Shown here: in pieces, positions 45,101 to 58,282 of the stretch | Position numbering within the stretch: the stretch's first letter is position 1 | Layout of the letters: the number at the start of each line of letters is the position of its first letter | Assembly (NCBI GenBank): GCA_004431415.1 | Contig: QPMI01000472.1 | Span: forward strand, 62,001-126,000 | Length of the DNA stretch: 64,000 nt | Direction of reading: 5' to 3' | From: Cyanophora paradoxa CCMP329 | Taxonomy: Eukaryota; Plantae; Glaucophyta | Notes under the pieces: generated by a model | What the model was told of the DNA's origin: nothing | The model's input: only the letters and a program-made list of their open reading frames with translations | Databases searched by the model: none | Position numbers and translations under genes: made by a program

Positions 45101-45392
45101 CCCCCATGCAAAGATTGTGGAGTATGTAGGTCTGAGATCGAAACTCTATGCTTTCAGAACTGAGACCTTTGATAAAATAAAAATGTCTGGAACCTCCTCA
45201 AAAGAGGTTTACTTTGATGATTTCAAGAGATGCTTGTTTGAAGGCATCACCAAAACAGTAGCAGTAGTAAACAAGCGAAGACAAGACCACAACCTATATG
45301 ATTTGGAGAGCAGAAGGGTGGCTCTAAACCAACTCGATAGCAAAAGGAAGATATTAGACGATGGAATTCACAGCATTCCATTTGGGCTCTAA
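42112..45392 (+). CDS. polB: Protein-primed family B DNA polymerase with N-terminal extension, C2H2 finger and endonuclease VII-like insert (1-nt frameshift near 43535)
   Basis: CFKYAI, CETCLSRF..L..H, CYIC...RDHCHQSG...G.AC..CNL, YGLDPAHY, DANNLYG, KLMNNAIYGK, FHDTDS. Confidence 0.93.
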
Positions 45393-45575
45393 TCTACTTC
45401 ATTAATCTTTCTTTTTCTTTGGTTTCGCTCTCCAAGAAGTAATAAACCGCGAATTAAATGCAGCAGCCAAATACATCTTAATCCAGGATCATTGGGCTCG
45501 ATTGCAAAATAGTTTGGAATTGTGTTCTCTTTCCACACAGACTCTTGCATTTATTATATGAGAGATAAGGTAAAG

Positions 45576-46973
45576 ATGCCTTCAACACAAATAGGATTGA
45601 GACAACCACCAAGAATTGTGAGAAAAGAGGCAATTGAAGATCGAGGGAATATCCTGCCCATCACAGTTCCAGTGGAGGAGAAGAGCAGTCGAATATTAAA
45701 AAGATCAGAGATGGTCAAGCAATTAATCCAGAGACCCTCCCAGCTGAGACAGCAACAAAAGAGTCAAAGATTGCTAAGAAGTTCTATGATCCCAGGACAG
45801 GCTACAAAGGATTTACTGCAATGAGACAGGAACTACCAGAGGAGAACTACAAGAAGATGAGAGAATGGTATGATAAGCAGGAGGTTGTCCAAATTAATGC
45901 ACCCACTCTATCTCGAAAGAGAGATCCCATGATTCCAATTAGGCAACCCCTTGATACATATGTGATTGATCTGCTCTTCTTTCCTGCATACAAAAAGCAG
46001 AATGATGGTTATGATACATTTATGAGTGCAATGGAATCAACCCTGAGAACAGGGTTCATAATTCCAATGAGAGACAAGAGTGCTCTTACTACTCTTGCAG
46101 CATTCAAGCAACTTGAACAAAGAGTCCCAGACCGATTGTTCGCATTCAGAGTGATAGTGGAAGCGAATTTACCAATGTGCTATTCACAGATTATTTGGGA
46201 ACCAAATTCATAGAGCATCAACTAAGTGATGTTGCAGATCACAGAACCCAAGGTCGAATTGAAGCCTTTAACAGACAGATCAAAAGATTGATCACAAACT
46301 ACTGCATTGCAAATAATACTGCACGATTTTTTGATGTGTTGGGTGATATTGAGTATAATTATAATAATACCATTCACTCTGCAACCAAGAGAAAACCAGC
46401 AGAGACCACAGAAGCCCACTACAAAGAGATTGTGAATATGGAGGATCAGAGATTCAAGAAATCGATCGAATATCTTGATGCCCTGAAACCTGGAATGTTT
46501 GTGAGAGTAAAAGTTGAAAAGAATCCATTTGCAAAGCAGGGTGTTAATTGGTCTCGAATTGTTTATAGTGTGGAGGGCAGAGAGGGCTTCAAGTTCAGAA
46601 TCAGAAGTCCAAGTGGTGAGATAGTTGATGGTAGATTCGCTTTTCATGAACTGCTGCCCATCAAAGGTGTTGAGTATCATGAAACTCCCACAGTGGATGC
46701 CCTTGAACATGCAAAGGAGGAAGCCAGGGTTGATTCTGCAATCAGAAAGGAGGGCATAGAAAAAGCAAGTGAAGTACCAAAAGAACCCTCACAGAAGCAA
46801 GAGCACAAAAGAAGGGTAGAGTAGAGAAGGAATTAAAGAAGTTGACCATAGCAGGAACCCAGAAATTATCAGAAGTTAACAGTCAGAGGTGGTATAATGA
46901 CTTTTCAACCACCAAGGAAACATATACTGCACCCCAAACTCGATTTAATCTACGAAGTGGGCAGAGGAAATAG
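45576..46973 (+). CDS. rve integrase, copy B (several 1-nt frameshifts)
   Basis: Near-identical to 884-2284. Confidence 0.88.
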
Positions 46974-46974
46974 A

Positions 46975-47217
46975 TTAACAACGCTTTCGGAATCTCTTAG
47001 ACCTCTGGCGAATTCTCCTCATTTGTCTATCTTTTTCAAGAATTTCCAAGAAGAAAGTTTCAAGGTTTGAGACCAGCTGGTAATTGTAAACAAAGAACAG
47101 TCTCACATGCTCTGGCTGTGACATGAAGAAATTGTAATAGAAAGCAGTTTTGAAATCATGGACCCAGTCTGATTGGGCAGCATGGATGATAGCAGGGTCT
47201 TGGTAGATGGGATCCAT
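46975..47217 (-). CDS. Small hypothetical viral protein, copy B
   Basis: Identical to 2286-2528. Confidence 0.5.
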   Translation of the reverse strand: MDPIYQDPAIIHAAQSDWVHDFKTAFYYNFFMSQPEHVRLFFVYNYQLVSNLETFFLEILEKDRQMRRIRQRSKRFRKRC

Positions 47218-47378
47218 AGCAGAAGTTGAGAGAATCCAGAAAATCCTTGTCAATTTTTTATTTTGTTAGTGCCCGATCTCAACGAAACACGAACGGCGCT
47301 GTCGAGAGGATTCCGAATCTGTTTTCAGAATTGAAAACGGAGCAGTTGGTAATAAAATACATATATATGACCGATATT

Positions 47379-47901
47379 GAAGTTTCGGTGAAGTTTCAAT
47401 GAAGTTTCGGAGCGAAGTTTCAATGAAGTTTCGGAGCGAAGTTTCAACGAAGTTTCGGAGCGAAGTTTTTATGAAGTTTCGGTGAAGTTGCGAATGACGT
47501 CATGAGTGTCTTTTCGGTTCGCGAATAATTAAGTGGACATGGCGGCGTCCCGTCGTTTTTTGAAGAGGTGTCCTCGAAAATGGTGCCCCGTCATTTTCGT
47601 GAAACGGTGTCCTCGAAAATATATCTTATCCTGTTGAAAAAATGGTTGCTCGTCATCGCAACCATCATCGCAACCATGGTTGCATCATCGCAACCATCAT
47701 CGCAACCATGGTTGCATCATCGCAACCAGGTTGCGCAACCACTCAATCGGAAAAAATTGTGTGCGCAACCACTCAATCGGAAAAAATTGGTTGCGCAACC
47801 AGGTTGCGCAACCAGCGCAACCATGGTTGCATCATGGTTGCATCATATCGCAACCATGGTTGCATCATTGCAACCAGGTTGCGCAACCAGTATGACGTCA
47901 T
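47379..47901. repeat. Intergenic short-repeat region, copy B, with expanded GCAACCATGGTTGC palindromic array
   Basis: About 145 bp longer than copy A owing to extra catcgcaacc/atggttgc units. Confidence 0.85.
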
Positions 47902-48358
47902 GACATCACGAGTTTCATGACAAATATATATACCATACATTTCGTGTGACACAGAAGCCCCAGTCGCCGACCGACCAATCCGCTATTTTATGGTCAAAAT
48001 GTATATATGCGCATATATACTTGACGGTTCGCGTTACCACTGTCGGCATCGAATAACGTTCCTACTGTGGTGCTGTCGGCATCTTCAAATGCTTGTATCT
48101 CGTCACCAGAACATCGGATTGCGACCGTCGACATAGCGCTGGAAAGCGCTTGCAAAGACCTACACGACAATATAGGTGTCGAGTATATATATGTATATAT
48201 ATCATACATATATTTCGAAAAAACGACTTGTCGGCTACTTTCTACTGCAAAGAACATGCAGTAAAATAATGCAAAAATACAGTAGCTACTGTAAAAATCG
48301 CCATAATGTGGGCGAAGATACAGTAGCCACTGGATCATACGTCAGGAATTCTGAAATA

Positions 48359-49899
48359 TTATACACTTCGAATAAATGCACCTGTGACATCCACTCTCAT
48401 AGTTGGGGTGTTGATGTATACAAGTGGATAAATTCGAATATACCTTGTCCTCAGAGGGTAGCCAATATAGAAAACGTCTTTAATAGAGGTGGGATACCCA
48501 GAACTGTATGAGACATCACCACTGTTGTGGGCATTATTGATAGTTTCACACATAAACACTCTATTCACACCTTCATACTTGATAAATGACCAGGAAACAC
48601 CATCTTGTGATGTTGCAACATTGAAGGTCTTAACAAAGGCATTTGTCACACCAGAACCATATGCAATTATAGATGCTACCTCAAATATATATGGGAAGGA
48701 TACTTGCAGATACTCAGTGGGAACACTCCATATTCCATCAGGAGCAGATGCATTTGCCTCCCAACCTGTTAATGATGGTCTTGCTTTAAATGCCTCCCTT
48801 CCAATTTTCGATGATGAAGCAGTGAATGCACCATCTGATAGAAGATACCAGTTAGCATCAATGGAGGTATGCTATTCAGAGTGGATGATATATAGAACCT
48901 TGCAGGGTTCTTGATTTCGTAATTTGCAACCAGTAAATCACAGAGTCTATCAATCATCACAGTGTTTGCTGCTATGTACATTTCGGTTGCATCTATCATA
49001 TCTGGGATCTTAGAGGTATCATCCAAAGAGTTTACTATGGTCTTTGGAAGTGGAACAGAGAGTCTATAATATCTTGCATATCCTTGATCATCATTGTATG
49101 GGAGAAACTCTTGCATCTTTTCCAGAGCAGACAGTTCACTTGCAGCCATCAACATATTGATTAATGGACTTCCAGAGGTCGAAGCAATCCAAGAGAGGAT
49201 GCCCCAGCTGTTCACATCTTCATAAGAGTAACCCACATTTGGAGCATCTGTTTCATTGACTTCACCACAGGATATACTTATCACTATAATATCATCATCA
49301 TCATCATAGATCTTCTTAGCATGACTGTAACCACAGACACTGGGATTGTTGTTACCTGAGATTGCACCATCAATTAGAGACATCCCATCATAGTTCACAG
49401 GTGAGAAATATGTTGGAGCAGCAGAGGTAGATCTTGCAGCAATCTTGCTGGGGATGGATTTGTAGGAGTTATCATTGGTGATAAAAATGGGCTTCATACT
49501 CACAGTGTCAAAACTTGTGATCACTACATCTTTCAGAGAGTCTTGAATGAGAGACTCACCAGTAACAGTAAGAATGGCTGTCTCCAATGGGGTCACATCA
49601 TACTTGGTGTTGAAGAGTGCATTATCAATAATATTTCGGGGATTTGCAAAGATTAAAGGCAGTTGATTGAGATAAGTGGAATGCAAATCGGTTGCAGTGA
49701 GTTTAGGTTCGTTTGGAAATTCGGGATTTTTCACATTGAGACCAATCGCAATTATCCCACCAGTGGATGTTCCACTCACCAGATCAACAAGGTCAATTAC
49801 TCTTTTTCCTGTTCGAGTTTCGATTTCTTTAAGCAATCTCGTAATAATTATACCACGAGCTCCCCCACCTGAGAGACTGAGGCAAATCTTCAAAGGCAT
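48359..49899 (-). CDS. Patatin-discoidin phospholipase, copy B (1-nt frameshift)
   Basis: Duplicate of 3523-5064. Confidence 0.86.
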
Positions 49900-49926
49900 T
49901 TTGTCACTTTAACATTGACGGATATT

Positions 49927-50637
49927 TTAAGAATTGTTTACTAATCGGTAATCCTCATCAAACTTTAACAAGTTTGCACGAAATTCCTTTGCCTTTGAAA
50001 ATGCATCTTCCTCTGTGTATTTTTTAAGTGTGAACCGTTTCGAATGTGTTTTCAAATTTCCAGTGTCATCTTTAATTGTTACAATAGCGCAAATATACCA
50101 AACATTCCATCTCTTGTCAAACGATTTGAAAATGTTCGAGGATTCATGAACAAATTTCCGATTGATTGAATTTACCCTCTGAGATACAATTCTGAGATTC
50201 TGTTTCCTATTATCAGATCTGATCTGATTAATGTGATCAATACATTCTTTTTTGCTTTTCCCTTCATACTTCATTACAGCTCTATGCATATGTCGAAACT
50301 TGCATGTGTTTGATGAAACATAACCATTGTGCGAATGCCAAATATGAGAATCCAGAATATCAAAGTCTTCCACATCAATTAATCCAAGAACATCATTCTG
50401 AGTTGTGAATTCAATCGTTTTATCATCAACATATCGATATTTGTTAAACACTTTTCCCTGTGCAATACAAACTTCTTTCAAAGCACTTTCGGCTTCATCT
50501 TTCGTATCAAATCGCTTTTCCTTTCTATTACCGATTTTGTCAAAATACTTCATCAACCACTTCTTTTTACAGTCTGTTCTTTTTGAGAGATAGACAGTTC
50601 CACCATACTTTGCGATGTTATCACTGTAAAGCCACAT
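49927..50637 (-). CDS. HNH homing endonuclease, copy B
   Basis: Identical translation to 5092-5802. Confidence 0.88.
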   Translation of the reverse strand: MWLYSDNIAKYGGTVYLSKRTDCKKKWLMKYFDKIGNRKEKRFDTKDEAESALKEVCIAQGKVFNKYRYVDDKTIEFTTQNDVLGLIDVEDFDILDSHIWHSHNGYVSSNTCKFRHMHRAVMKYEGKSKKECIDHINQIRSDNRKQNLRIVSQRVNSINRKFVHESSNIFKSFDKRWNVWYICAIVTIKDDTGNLKTHSKRFTLKKYTEEDAFSKAKEFRANLLKFDEDYRLVNNS

Positions 50638-50761
50638 TTTGCTCCGTTACTCCTCCTTATAATACTTATCCTTAAATACTTTTTGACATCATTTTTTGAG
50701 GCGAAGGGGCATCTTTACTTAACTCAAATGTAATAAATCTCTATAAGTAGAGTAAACAGGG

Positions 50762-53700
50762 ATGAGTTTCAATTATCCAGCAAACCTACAAACCATTCCC
50801 TCATCAGGAAGAGGGAAGACAGATAACAAACATGTAAATTTCGATAACTTGACAGCCAGAGGGTCAATCTCAATTGACCACAGTGCAGATGAACCCTCAA
50901 AGACTCACCCAAGAGAGCATGCACTTTCAATAAACGAAATGGATCCCGAAAAGGAGGATGTGAGTGTTGCTTTCAGCATGGGAAATGTGAAATCGAATCA
51001 GGTAGCCCAGATTAAAGCAACCAGGAGCAGACCAAGAAAACTGAAAACCAGTGGAACCCACCCAGATATTCCAACTCGATTCGATAGTGGTAGGTTAATA
51101 TTCAATGTTCAAAATGAGAAGGGTGGGCATCAGAGTGGTTTGAGAATCTATAATGAAGGATCAAATGCAATTGCACAAATTCCCGAAATATTACAGATAG
51201 CCCCCATGGAGAAACCAACAAAATCGAGTTCACTAACAATGTTTATCCAAGAGATATTGTGGAGAATGCGGCTTCTAATGCGCAATTCGGTTTCCAACTA
51301 CCTGGTGATACAGCAAAGAATAAGGCGTCTATCACTGTCAACAGTAGCCCCACTCAATCAGTAACAATTCATTTACATCCAGACCTTGTCGAAATGGATA
51401 GACACCTTTTACCTTTGGTGACAAACACCAAAGATCTTGGTATTAGAACCAGACAATGGCGAAATATCCATGGAAGCAATGTCTATGCAAATGGAGAGAA
51501 ACTTGTAAGTGAGAAGACCATAAGAGAGATCTTTGAGTATTATGGACCTGTCCCAGTTCCCTTCCCACTACCATGGATCCACCAGATTTAACACCGAAAA
51601 AGCAACCAGGCAGAGAGTACACAGCAGATGAGACAGTTCCTTTTGGTCAACACATTGTGAGTTGGGAGCAGGTTCGAAATAAACCTATAATTGAACCAAG
51701 AAAGCAAATTGATGAGCAATATTTACCTCCTGAAATCGATATTTTGGAGCTTGACGAATACCAGTTCGTTCCAGATGAGGAGGAATACCTTCCTGATGGT
51801 TTCGACCCACAGGAGTATGAATATGATCAATATGACCCCAATGAGGAAGAGTATTTACCAGATGGTTTAGATCCACAAGAGTATGAGTATGAGCAAAATT
51901 ATGAACCCCATGAGGAATATTTAGCAGATGGTCACGAACCACCAGTTGTGGATTATGAGCAACCATATGAACCCCATGAAGAATTATTACCAGATGGATT
52001 TCGCCAGAGATTTGGGAATTCTTCCCTGATTGGGAGCAGATCAACAATAAACCAGCCAGATTTCCACCAGAGGATCACAACCATGACTGGGATGAGATCT
52101 TAGGTAAACCAGAGAAATTCCCACCAGAGGATCATAGGCACGATTGGGAAGACATTGATAATGTCCCTCTCACATTTACACCATCTACACATCGTCACAT
52201 TTGGAGCGAAATAGACGAACAGCCAGTTTTTGCACAATTAAATGCAATCGGAAACGTTTTTAATGGGGTCACACTTTACCAATCGATTAATATACCTGAA
52301 AGGCTATTTTTGAATGATCATTATGTTAGTCTCAATGGGTCATTTACAGGTCAAGAAGGCACACCGATGGTGGGAACTCTTGCAGTAAGATTACCCAGGG
52401 ATCCAATCGTAAATGGAGTGTATAGTGGTGATTTCAACGTAGGAGTGAACGATACTTTCCCCAGTATTTATGTTACGAATTATCACCCAGGGGAAACAGG
52501 ACAAGTAGCGGATTTTTCAGCAGCTATTCAAGTAAATGTAACGGATCAAAGCGCATATGATGGAGCAAGACCTAAAATAGTTTTCACAAGGGAGAAAGTT
52601 GTAAACTATCTTCCTGTTGCAGGACAACCCACAGATGATCACGGTAAATGTGAGATGGCGTGGATTAAGACAACAACAGGTGGCGCCTTAGAAGTCAATC
52701 AGAGAATGGCGGCGAAAAACTTACATAATACAACCCTTTCAGGAGTGGTTACAGATGATTACCTAACCAATAAAGGATATCTTACCTCAGCAGATTTAAG
52801 CACTTACACAACCGATGCAGAATTAGCGGCAGCACTTGCGAATTATCTACCTCTCACAGGTGGAACTGTAACAGGAACTGTGAATGCTACCACTTTACAA
52901 ATTGGCGGTAACACAATACCGAAAGGTTTCGATTTTGACCAATTAGATACTGTTTCGACAGATAGAAGCGCAAATAATTGGACTGTTAATTGGACAGGAC
53001 ATAGAACGGGACAAACAGGATGTTACACCACACCTGAGAATGATGCAGATGTTACGGGTTGTTGGATGCGTTGGGCAATACCAGAAGGTATGAAATCGTT
53101 TTATATTCAACTTTTAAATTGGCATAATTGTAGATATTTCGATATTTACGGTGAAACTGTTAATGGATATCAGCATTTCTTAAAACGTGTTAATCACTAT
53201 CAAGCAATACAAGATAGCGGAATTCAAGATGGTACCTATAATGCTATTATCTATACTTCTATAAACTGTGATTTCTATAAAAAGATTGTGGTAAAAGGTG
53301 TGAAAGGTCGCATTTATTTTACGGGTGTGTTTGGTTGGAGTCGTCAGAGAGCAACCGATAATGATGTTGGATTAATTCATTATGATAATATCGCTTTTAA
53401 TCCTGTCGGCAAATATTCCGATTTCGATGTGGTGAGTGGTTGGAATAGCACAGGTGTATCATTCCAGCCGGAGCTTGGACAACAGGATGGAAACCCACAA
53501 CAGATAACCCAGTGGAAGGTTTTTATAGCAACCAAATAGATGATGAAAGTGGTAGTGGGTATATGCAATGTCAAGTGCCGGCAGGAATGAAAACATGTCA
53601 CATACAATACTTATGTTGGACAAATCACAGATATTTTGATATTTACGGATACCGCAACAGTCGATGGAATTATATTATGAGAGTAAATACGTATCAAAAT

Positions 53701-55742
53701 GTTCAAAACACAGCCGACACAGCTTGGCATTCGAGTTTATTATGGACATCCGTATTTTGTGGGAGTTTCTCATATATTGGAATTTTCGCAAAGAAAGGAC
53801 GAACTCACATTGGAATGCTTGGATGGACAAAAGAAGTAGGTAGAACAGCGCCAGCGAATGGTTTGATAAGTTGGGATAACGTTTACAGTCGTCCGGCGTT
53901 ATTTACAGCCGCAGACCTTCCAGGAACGGCAATATGGGCAGTACAGACATGGCTTACATCAACAGATAGCGTTCCGCGTTTTTATTTTGGAAATGGTATT
54001 ACTACATACATTCGAGGATATGAGGATGGTAACGGTGTGTCGATTGAGTTTAGAAATTCAGCAGATGCATGGCTATTAAGATCGTATTCAAATGGTAACC
54101 TTGCAGTTAACAATACTGTGTCAGCTCCAACCATAAGTGGAACGATTATTAATGGGGGTTCGATAAATGCAACTACAAACTATAAATTTGGCGACAAAAC
54201 AATGCCTCGATGTGTAGAATATGATGCATCAGTTGCAGCAAATTCGCCACATGGTTATGCAGGAGGTTGGGGTTTTGAAGGTGGAACAGCATGGGAACCC
54301 TACTATAATTACGGTGGGTATGCTTACAATAATGAGAGTGGCGACACTGTTGTTAACGGCTCATGGGTTGATTACACAATACCCACTGATTTATATACAG
54401 GAACAGCCCACTTAACATATCTCCCTTGGGTAAATTGTCGTTACTTTGAGATTTGGGGAATTAATAGACAAGGAAATGCGGTTTTCATTGCAAGAGTGAA
54501 TAGTTATCATCAATATGAAAGCGCACCAGATGGAAACCACAATGGTTTACAAAATGTCCCTATTATGTTGGGAAATCGCTTTATTCGCCTTCGTATTATT
54601 CCAAAGGTAGGAAGAGTTCACATAATGGGCATTGGATTTACTCGCACTTGGACAGGAAGTAGTTATGGTGGTCACACAGGTTATGTTTCTTGGGATAACA
54701 TTTATAGTAAACCAAATCTACTAACAACAAATTTAGTTGGAAATATTACAGGTTTTGATACTTGGAGTGGAACAGGTAGTGGTGGTCTATCATTTAGTGG
54801 TGGTTGGACAACAGGTTGGACGGCTTCTTATTCTAATCCTGTGGAGGGATTTTACAGCTATATAGCAGATGATTCCACAAGTGGAGATTGGGCGCAAATT
54901 GAAGTCCCAGCAAATATGCAAACATGCCATGTCCAATATTTGTGTTGGTCGAATAGTCGATATTTCGATATTGGAGGCTATCGAGCAGGTCGATGGTTCC
55001 ACATTATGCGAGTTAATACTTATCAGACTGTCTCAAATTATGGAACCACAGATTATCACGATGGATTGGCGTGGGCTTCTTTTGCTTGTGATTATTTCAC
55101 ACATGTAAGATTTGTTGCAAGAAAAGGGAGATGTTATATTGGTATGGTTGGATGGACGAAAGAAAAAGGGAGAACCTCACCAGCAAATGGTATGATCAGT
55201 TGGGATAATGTTTATAGTAAAGATGCTCGCACAACTTGGGAAACCGGAACATGGATAACATCAAGTGATAATTATTCAAGAATATATTTCGGTACATCAT
55301 CGACTACATACATTAAAGGTTATGGTTACGAAATGATCCATTTTAGAAATGGAATTGATATAACAATGCAAGCTTTTTATAATGATGGTGACGTTTACTT
55401 TTGGGATGGCTTACACAAGGAAGTGATAGAAGATACAAAACCGACATTAAAAATATAACCGGCGCCCTTTCAGCAATCGAACAATTACAGGGTGTGAGTT
55501 ATAAAAAGATTGGTGATGAAAAACAGAAAGTTAACTTAGGTTTGATTGCGCAAGATGTCCAAAAAGTCATACCAGAAGTAGTAGGTAAAAATCACGAAAA
55601 TTATTTAACCCTTGCATACACAGGTTTAATTCCAGTTCTCATTGAAGCTGTGAAGGAGTTGTCCCAAAAATGCAAAGCTTTAACACAAACCTGTCAGAAT
55701 CTCCAAAGTCAAATAAACCAAATTAAAAATGTCACAGTATAA
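50762..55742 (+). CDS. Fibre protein with S74 chaperone, copy B (several 1-nt frameshifts)
   Basis: Duplicate of 5927-10910. Confidence 0.8.
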
Positions 55743-55745
55743 TAA

Positions 55746-56051
55746 ATGGCGACCTATCCACTTGGTGGAACCACCTATTCTACTGAGCCTGTTGCGCTTT
55801 CTTTCGATACAATCACCCTTGTAAACGCATTACAAACAGTTGAAAAAACGATTCAGCAAACTAACAAACTGTCACCGGTTGTTCATGAATATAAAAACCT
55901 CTTGGTTAATGTCCTTGCGCAATCGGCTCATGGTGACCCAGTAAAAAAATATGGTGAATGTGATTCTAACCTCAAAGCGATGACATCCAACATCCAATGT
56001 CTAACAACCGCTTACCAATCTCTTGGATCCAATCTAATTGCTTTGGCTTGA
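55746..56051 (+). CDS. Hypothetical viral protein, copy B
   Basis: Identical to 10914-11219. Confidence 0.65.
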   Translation: MATYPLGGTTYSTEPVALSFDTITLVNALQTVEKTIQQTNKLSPVVHEYKNLLVNVLAQSAHGDPVKKYGECDSNLKAMTSNIQCLTTAYQSLGSNLIALA

Positions 56052-56090
56052 ATGGTGTTTATTTTTCTTTCCTTCTTAGTAAAAGAAGCA

Positions 56091-56969
56091 ATGGGTGAAT
56101 ATAATCGAGTTCAACTTCCAATATATTCCCTTGGATCCCCTGCAATGCACTTTCGCCAACACGAAGTTAATGATGAAGTTCGTGGTTTAGAATCCACAGA
56201 GAGACCCAATTCCAATGGTAACTCCTTTGATAAAAATTCGATTATTCGAGTTAAAGAACTGAGAGCAGACAAGAATTCTGGTGTGGTTAAAACAACTCGA
56301 CTCCTTGTCTCAAATGCAAACTTTTTTCAACCTACTAATGGAGGTCCTGATGCATACAGTGTTGATCTGAAAGCCCTCGATTTCGATAAGAATTCTGCTG
56401 CTGTTACTGTGAGATCAGGAGGAGCATTTATTGGTGGTGGTTGCAGAGTCTCAGGTCAACTCTCTTCATCAATTGCATACAATGATGTCCCAGATACTCT
56501 ACCCCAAAATGTAGAGGATCCTCAACGAATTCGCTTGTATGCTCCTGTTTCCCAGCAACCTTTCATTCAGTTCTTCAATGAAATAACAGTTACACTTCTT
56601 AACTCTGTGGTTCCTGAGGGATTCCCAAATGAGAGAGTGGTTTATAATAATCAAGTTCCCATGGCTTTACAATCTCTCTGTCGTCCTGCAAACAATCAAA
56701 TCGGTCATTATTACTTGTATTTCGTCCAACCTCACTTGCATTTCGGTCGGGGTTATTGCTCTGTTGGAAATGGGGGAGCTGCTTCATATGATCTGCATGT
56801 TACTGATCTTGGAACCTATCGAATTCTGATTGTTGGAGCAAGAACAGATATTGCTGCTGTGTCTGCTCTTCGTGGGTATAATCCCAATGACATTTTGAAT
56901 ACAGCATTTTATTCCGAGCCAGATATTATAGACGACCCCACCCATAAAAGATATATCTGTTTAATGTAA
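56091..56969 (+). CDS. Putative virion protein paralog 1, copy B
   Basis: Duplicate of 11259-12116; a terminal 1-nt deletion shifts the stop. Confidence 0.68.
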   Translation: MGEYNRVQLPIYSLGSPAMHFRQHEVNDEVRGLESTERPNSNGNSFDKNSIIRVKELRADKNSGVVKTTRLLVSNANFFQPTNGGPDAYSVDLKALDFDKNSAAVTVRSGGAFIGGGCRVSGQLSSSIAYNDVPDTLPQNVEDPQRIRLYAPVSQQPFIQFFNEITVTLLNSVVPEGFPNERVVYNNQVPMALQSLCRPANNQIGHYYLYFVQPHLHFGRGYCSVGNGGAASYDLHVTDLGTYRILIVGARTDIAAVSALRGYNPNDILNTAFYSEPDIIDDPTHKRYICLM

Positions 56970-56970
56970 A

Positions 56971-57798
56971 ATGGCTGCCCCAGTAGAGCGAATTATTACA
57001 CCCCAACTCTCATTAGCAGCACCTGCGAATCACGTTTTGCAGCATGCTACCTTTGATGATGTAGAAGGTCTCCAATCGACAGAAGTACAACCTACCATGA
57101 ATACATTTGGTTCCACCCATAAACTGAGATTGCAGGAACTCAGATGTGATAAAAATAATGGAATAGTTAAGACAACGAAACTCCTTGTCACAAATGCAAA
57201 CTTTTCTGCCCATTATGGAGACCCAGACAGTTATGGTGATCCTCTGTCTACTTATTCTTTTGAATCTCGGTCGGGAGCTATTAACTGCAAAACGGGGGGA
57301 GCATATATTGGTGATGGTCTTCGGGTTGGTGGAGCTGTTGGTGCGCCTCTTTTCGTAAATGATCAACCCAATCCCATTGATCCAAACACCAGAATTCGCA
57401 CCTATGTCCCCAGTATGAATGCACCATATATTATCAAGATCTTCCCAATTGTTGTGAATGAACAGACATCAGTAGTTGATTCTCTTGTTGAAATTGGTGA
57501 CCACTACAAGGTGGTCGTGGATATTCCACCAGATGTTTATGCTGTCTGTCAAGTAGAGGGTGGAACCCCAAATATTGCAGTTGTGATCACCCCATATGAC
57601 AATTTCGGAATTGCTTATCATGGAGTGAATTTCGGTCTTGAAGATTACCAGTTCTTGGTGAGAGCCACCAGGTTTGGTATCTACAAATGCATTCTCTATG
57701 CTGAGAGAACCGATGCTATTGCAAAACAGAATACATATGCAGAATATTACGGCACAAATCGCTACTTCCCCATTTTCGGGCAGGATACTGCTCCATAG
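56971..57798 (+). CDS. Putative virion protein paralog 2, copy B
   Basis: Identical to 12140-12967. Confidence 0.7.
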   Translation: MAAPVERIITPQLSLAAPANHVLQHATFDDVEGLQSTEVQPTMNTFGSTHKLRLQELRCDKNNGIVKTTKLLVTNANFSAHYGDPDSYGDPLSTYSFESRSGAINCKTGGAYIGDGLRVGGAVGAPLFVNDQPNPIDPNTRIRTYVPSMNAPYIIKIFPIVVNEQTSVVDSLVEIGDHYKVVVDIPPDVYAVCQVEGGTPNIAVVITPYDNFGIAYHGVNFGLEDYQFLVRATRFGIYKCILYAERTDAIAKQNTYAEYYGTNRYFPIFGQDTAP

Positions 57799-57823
57799 AA
57801 ATCTCAGGTATATATAGAGAGGG

Positions 57824-58096
57824 ATGGATGATAAAACAAAGAAATTCATAGAATCTGCAATGATGGTTCATGGTGATGCTAAATTCGATTATACTGAGAC
57901 AGTGTATAAGAAAGCACAAGAGAAGGTCTCTGTTAGATGCCTTAAATGCAACAAGATCCTGCAAACCTACCCATTTAATCATGTAAGGGGCAGTGGATGC
58001 AGAGAATGCAACAAGAAATCCTCTCATGCATATAGAAAAAAGACGACATCAGGAATTGTGATAGATGATAAACCAGTGGTACTGTACTTTGATTAG
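57824..58096 (+). CDS. Small zinc-ribbon (DUF723-like) protein, copy B, intact
   Basis: CLKC...HVRGSGCREC. Confidence 0.68.
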   Translation: MDDKTKKFIESAMMVHGDAKFDYTETVYKKAQEKVSVRCLKCNKILQTYPFNHVRGSGCRECNKKSSHAYRKKTTSGIVIDDKPVVLYFD

Positions 58097-58282
58097 ATCT
58101 TTGAGAGAGAGATGAGGATCTTGCCCCATTTTCCCTTTGTGATTATGCATGTATCAAAACAGTTTGGACAGGTCTTATGGTAATGCAGCAGGATGATATC
58201 CACCAACTCATAAGGTAGCACTCTTGCTAAGATGGTTCGCATTCTACCAATCGCGTTTTTAATTTTTCTAAATTATTCATAA

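Noticed and set aside
43500-56970. Copy B genes as pseudogenes because of many frameshifts
   Set aside because: Most breaks are single-base losses in short homopolymers, the two copies largely complement each other, and no nonsense substitutions were noticed. This is more consistent with long-read error, though unproven without polishing.
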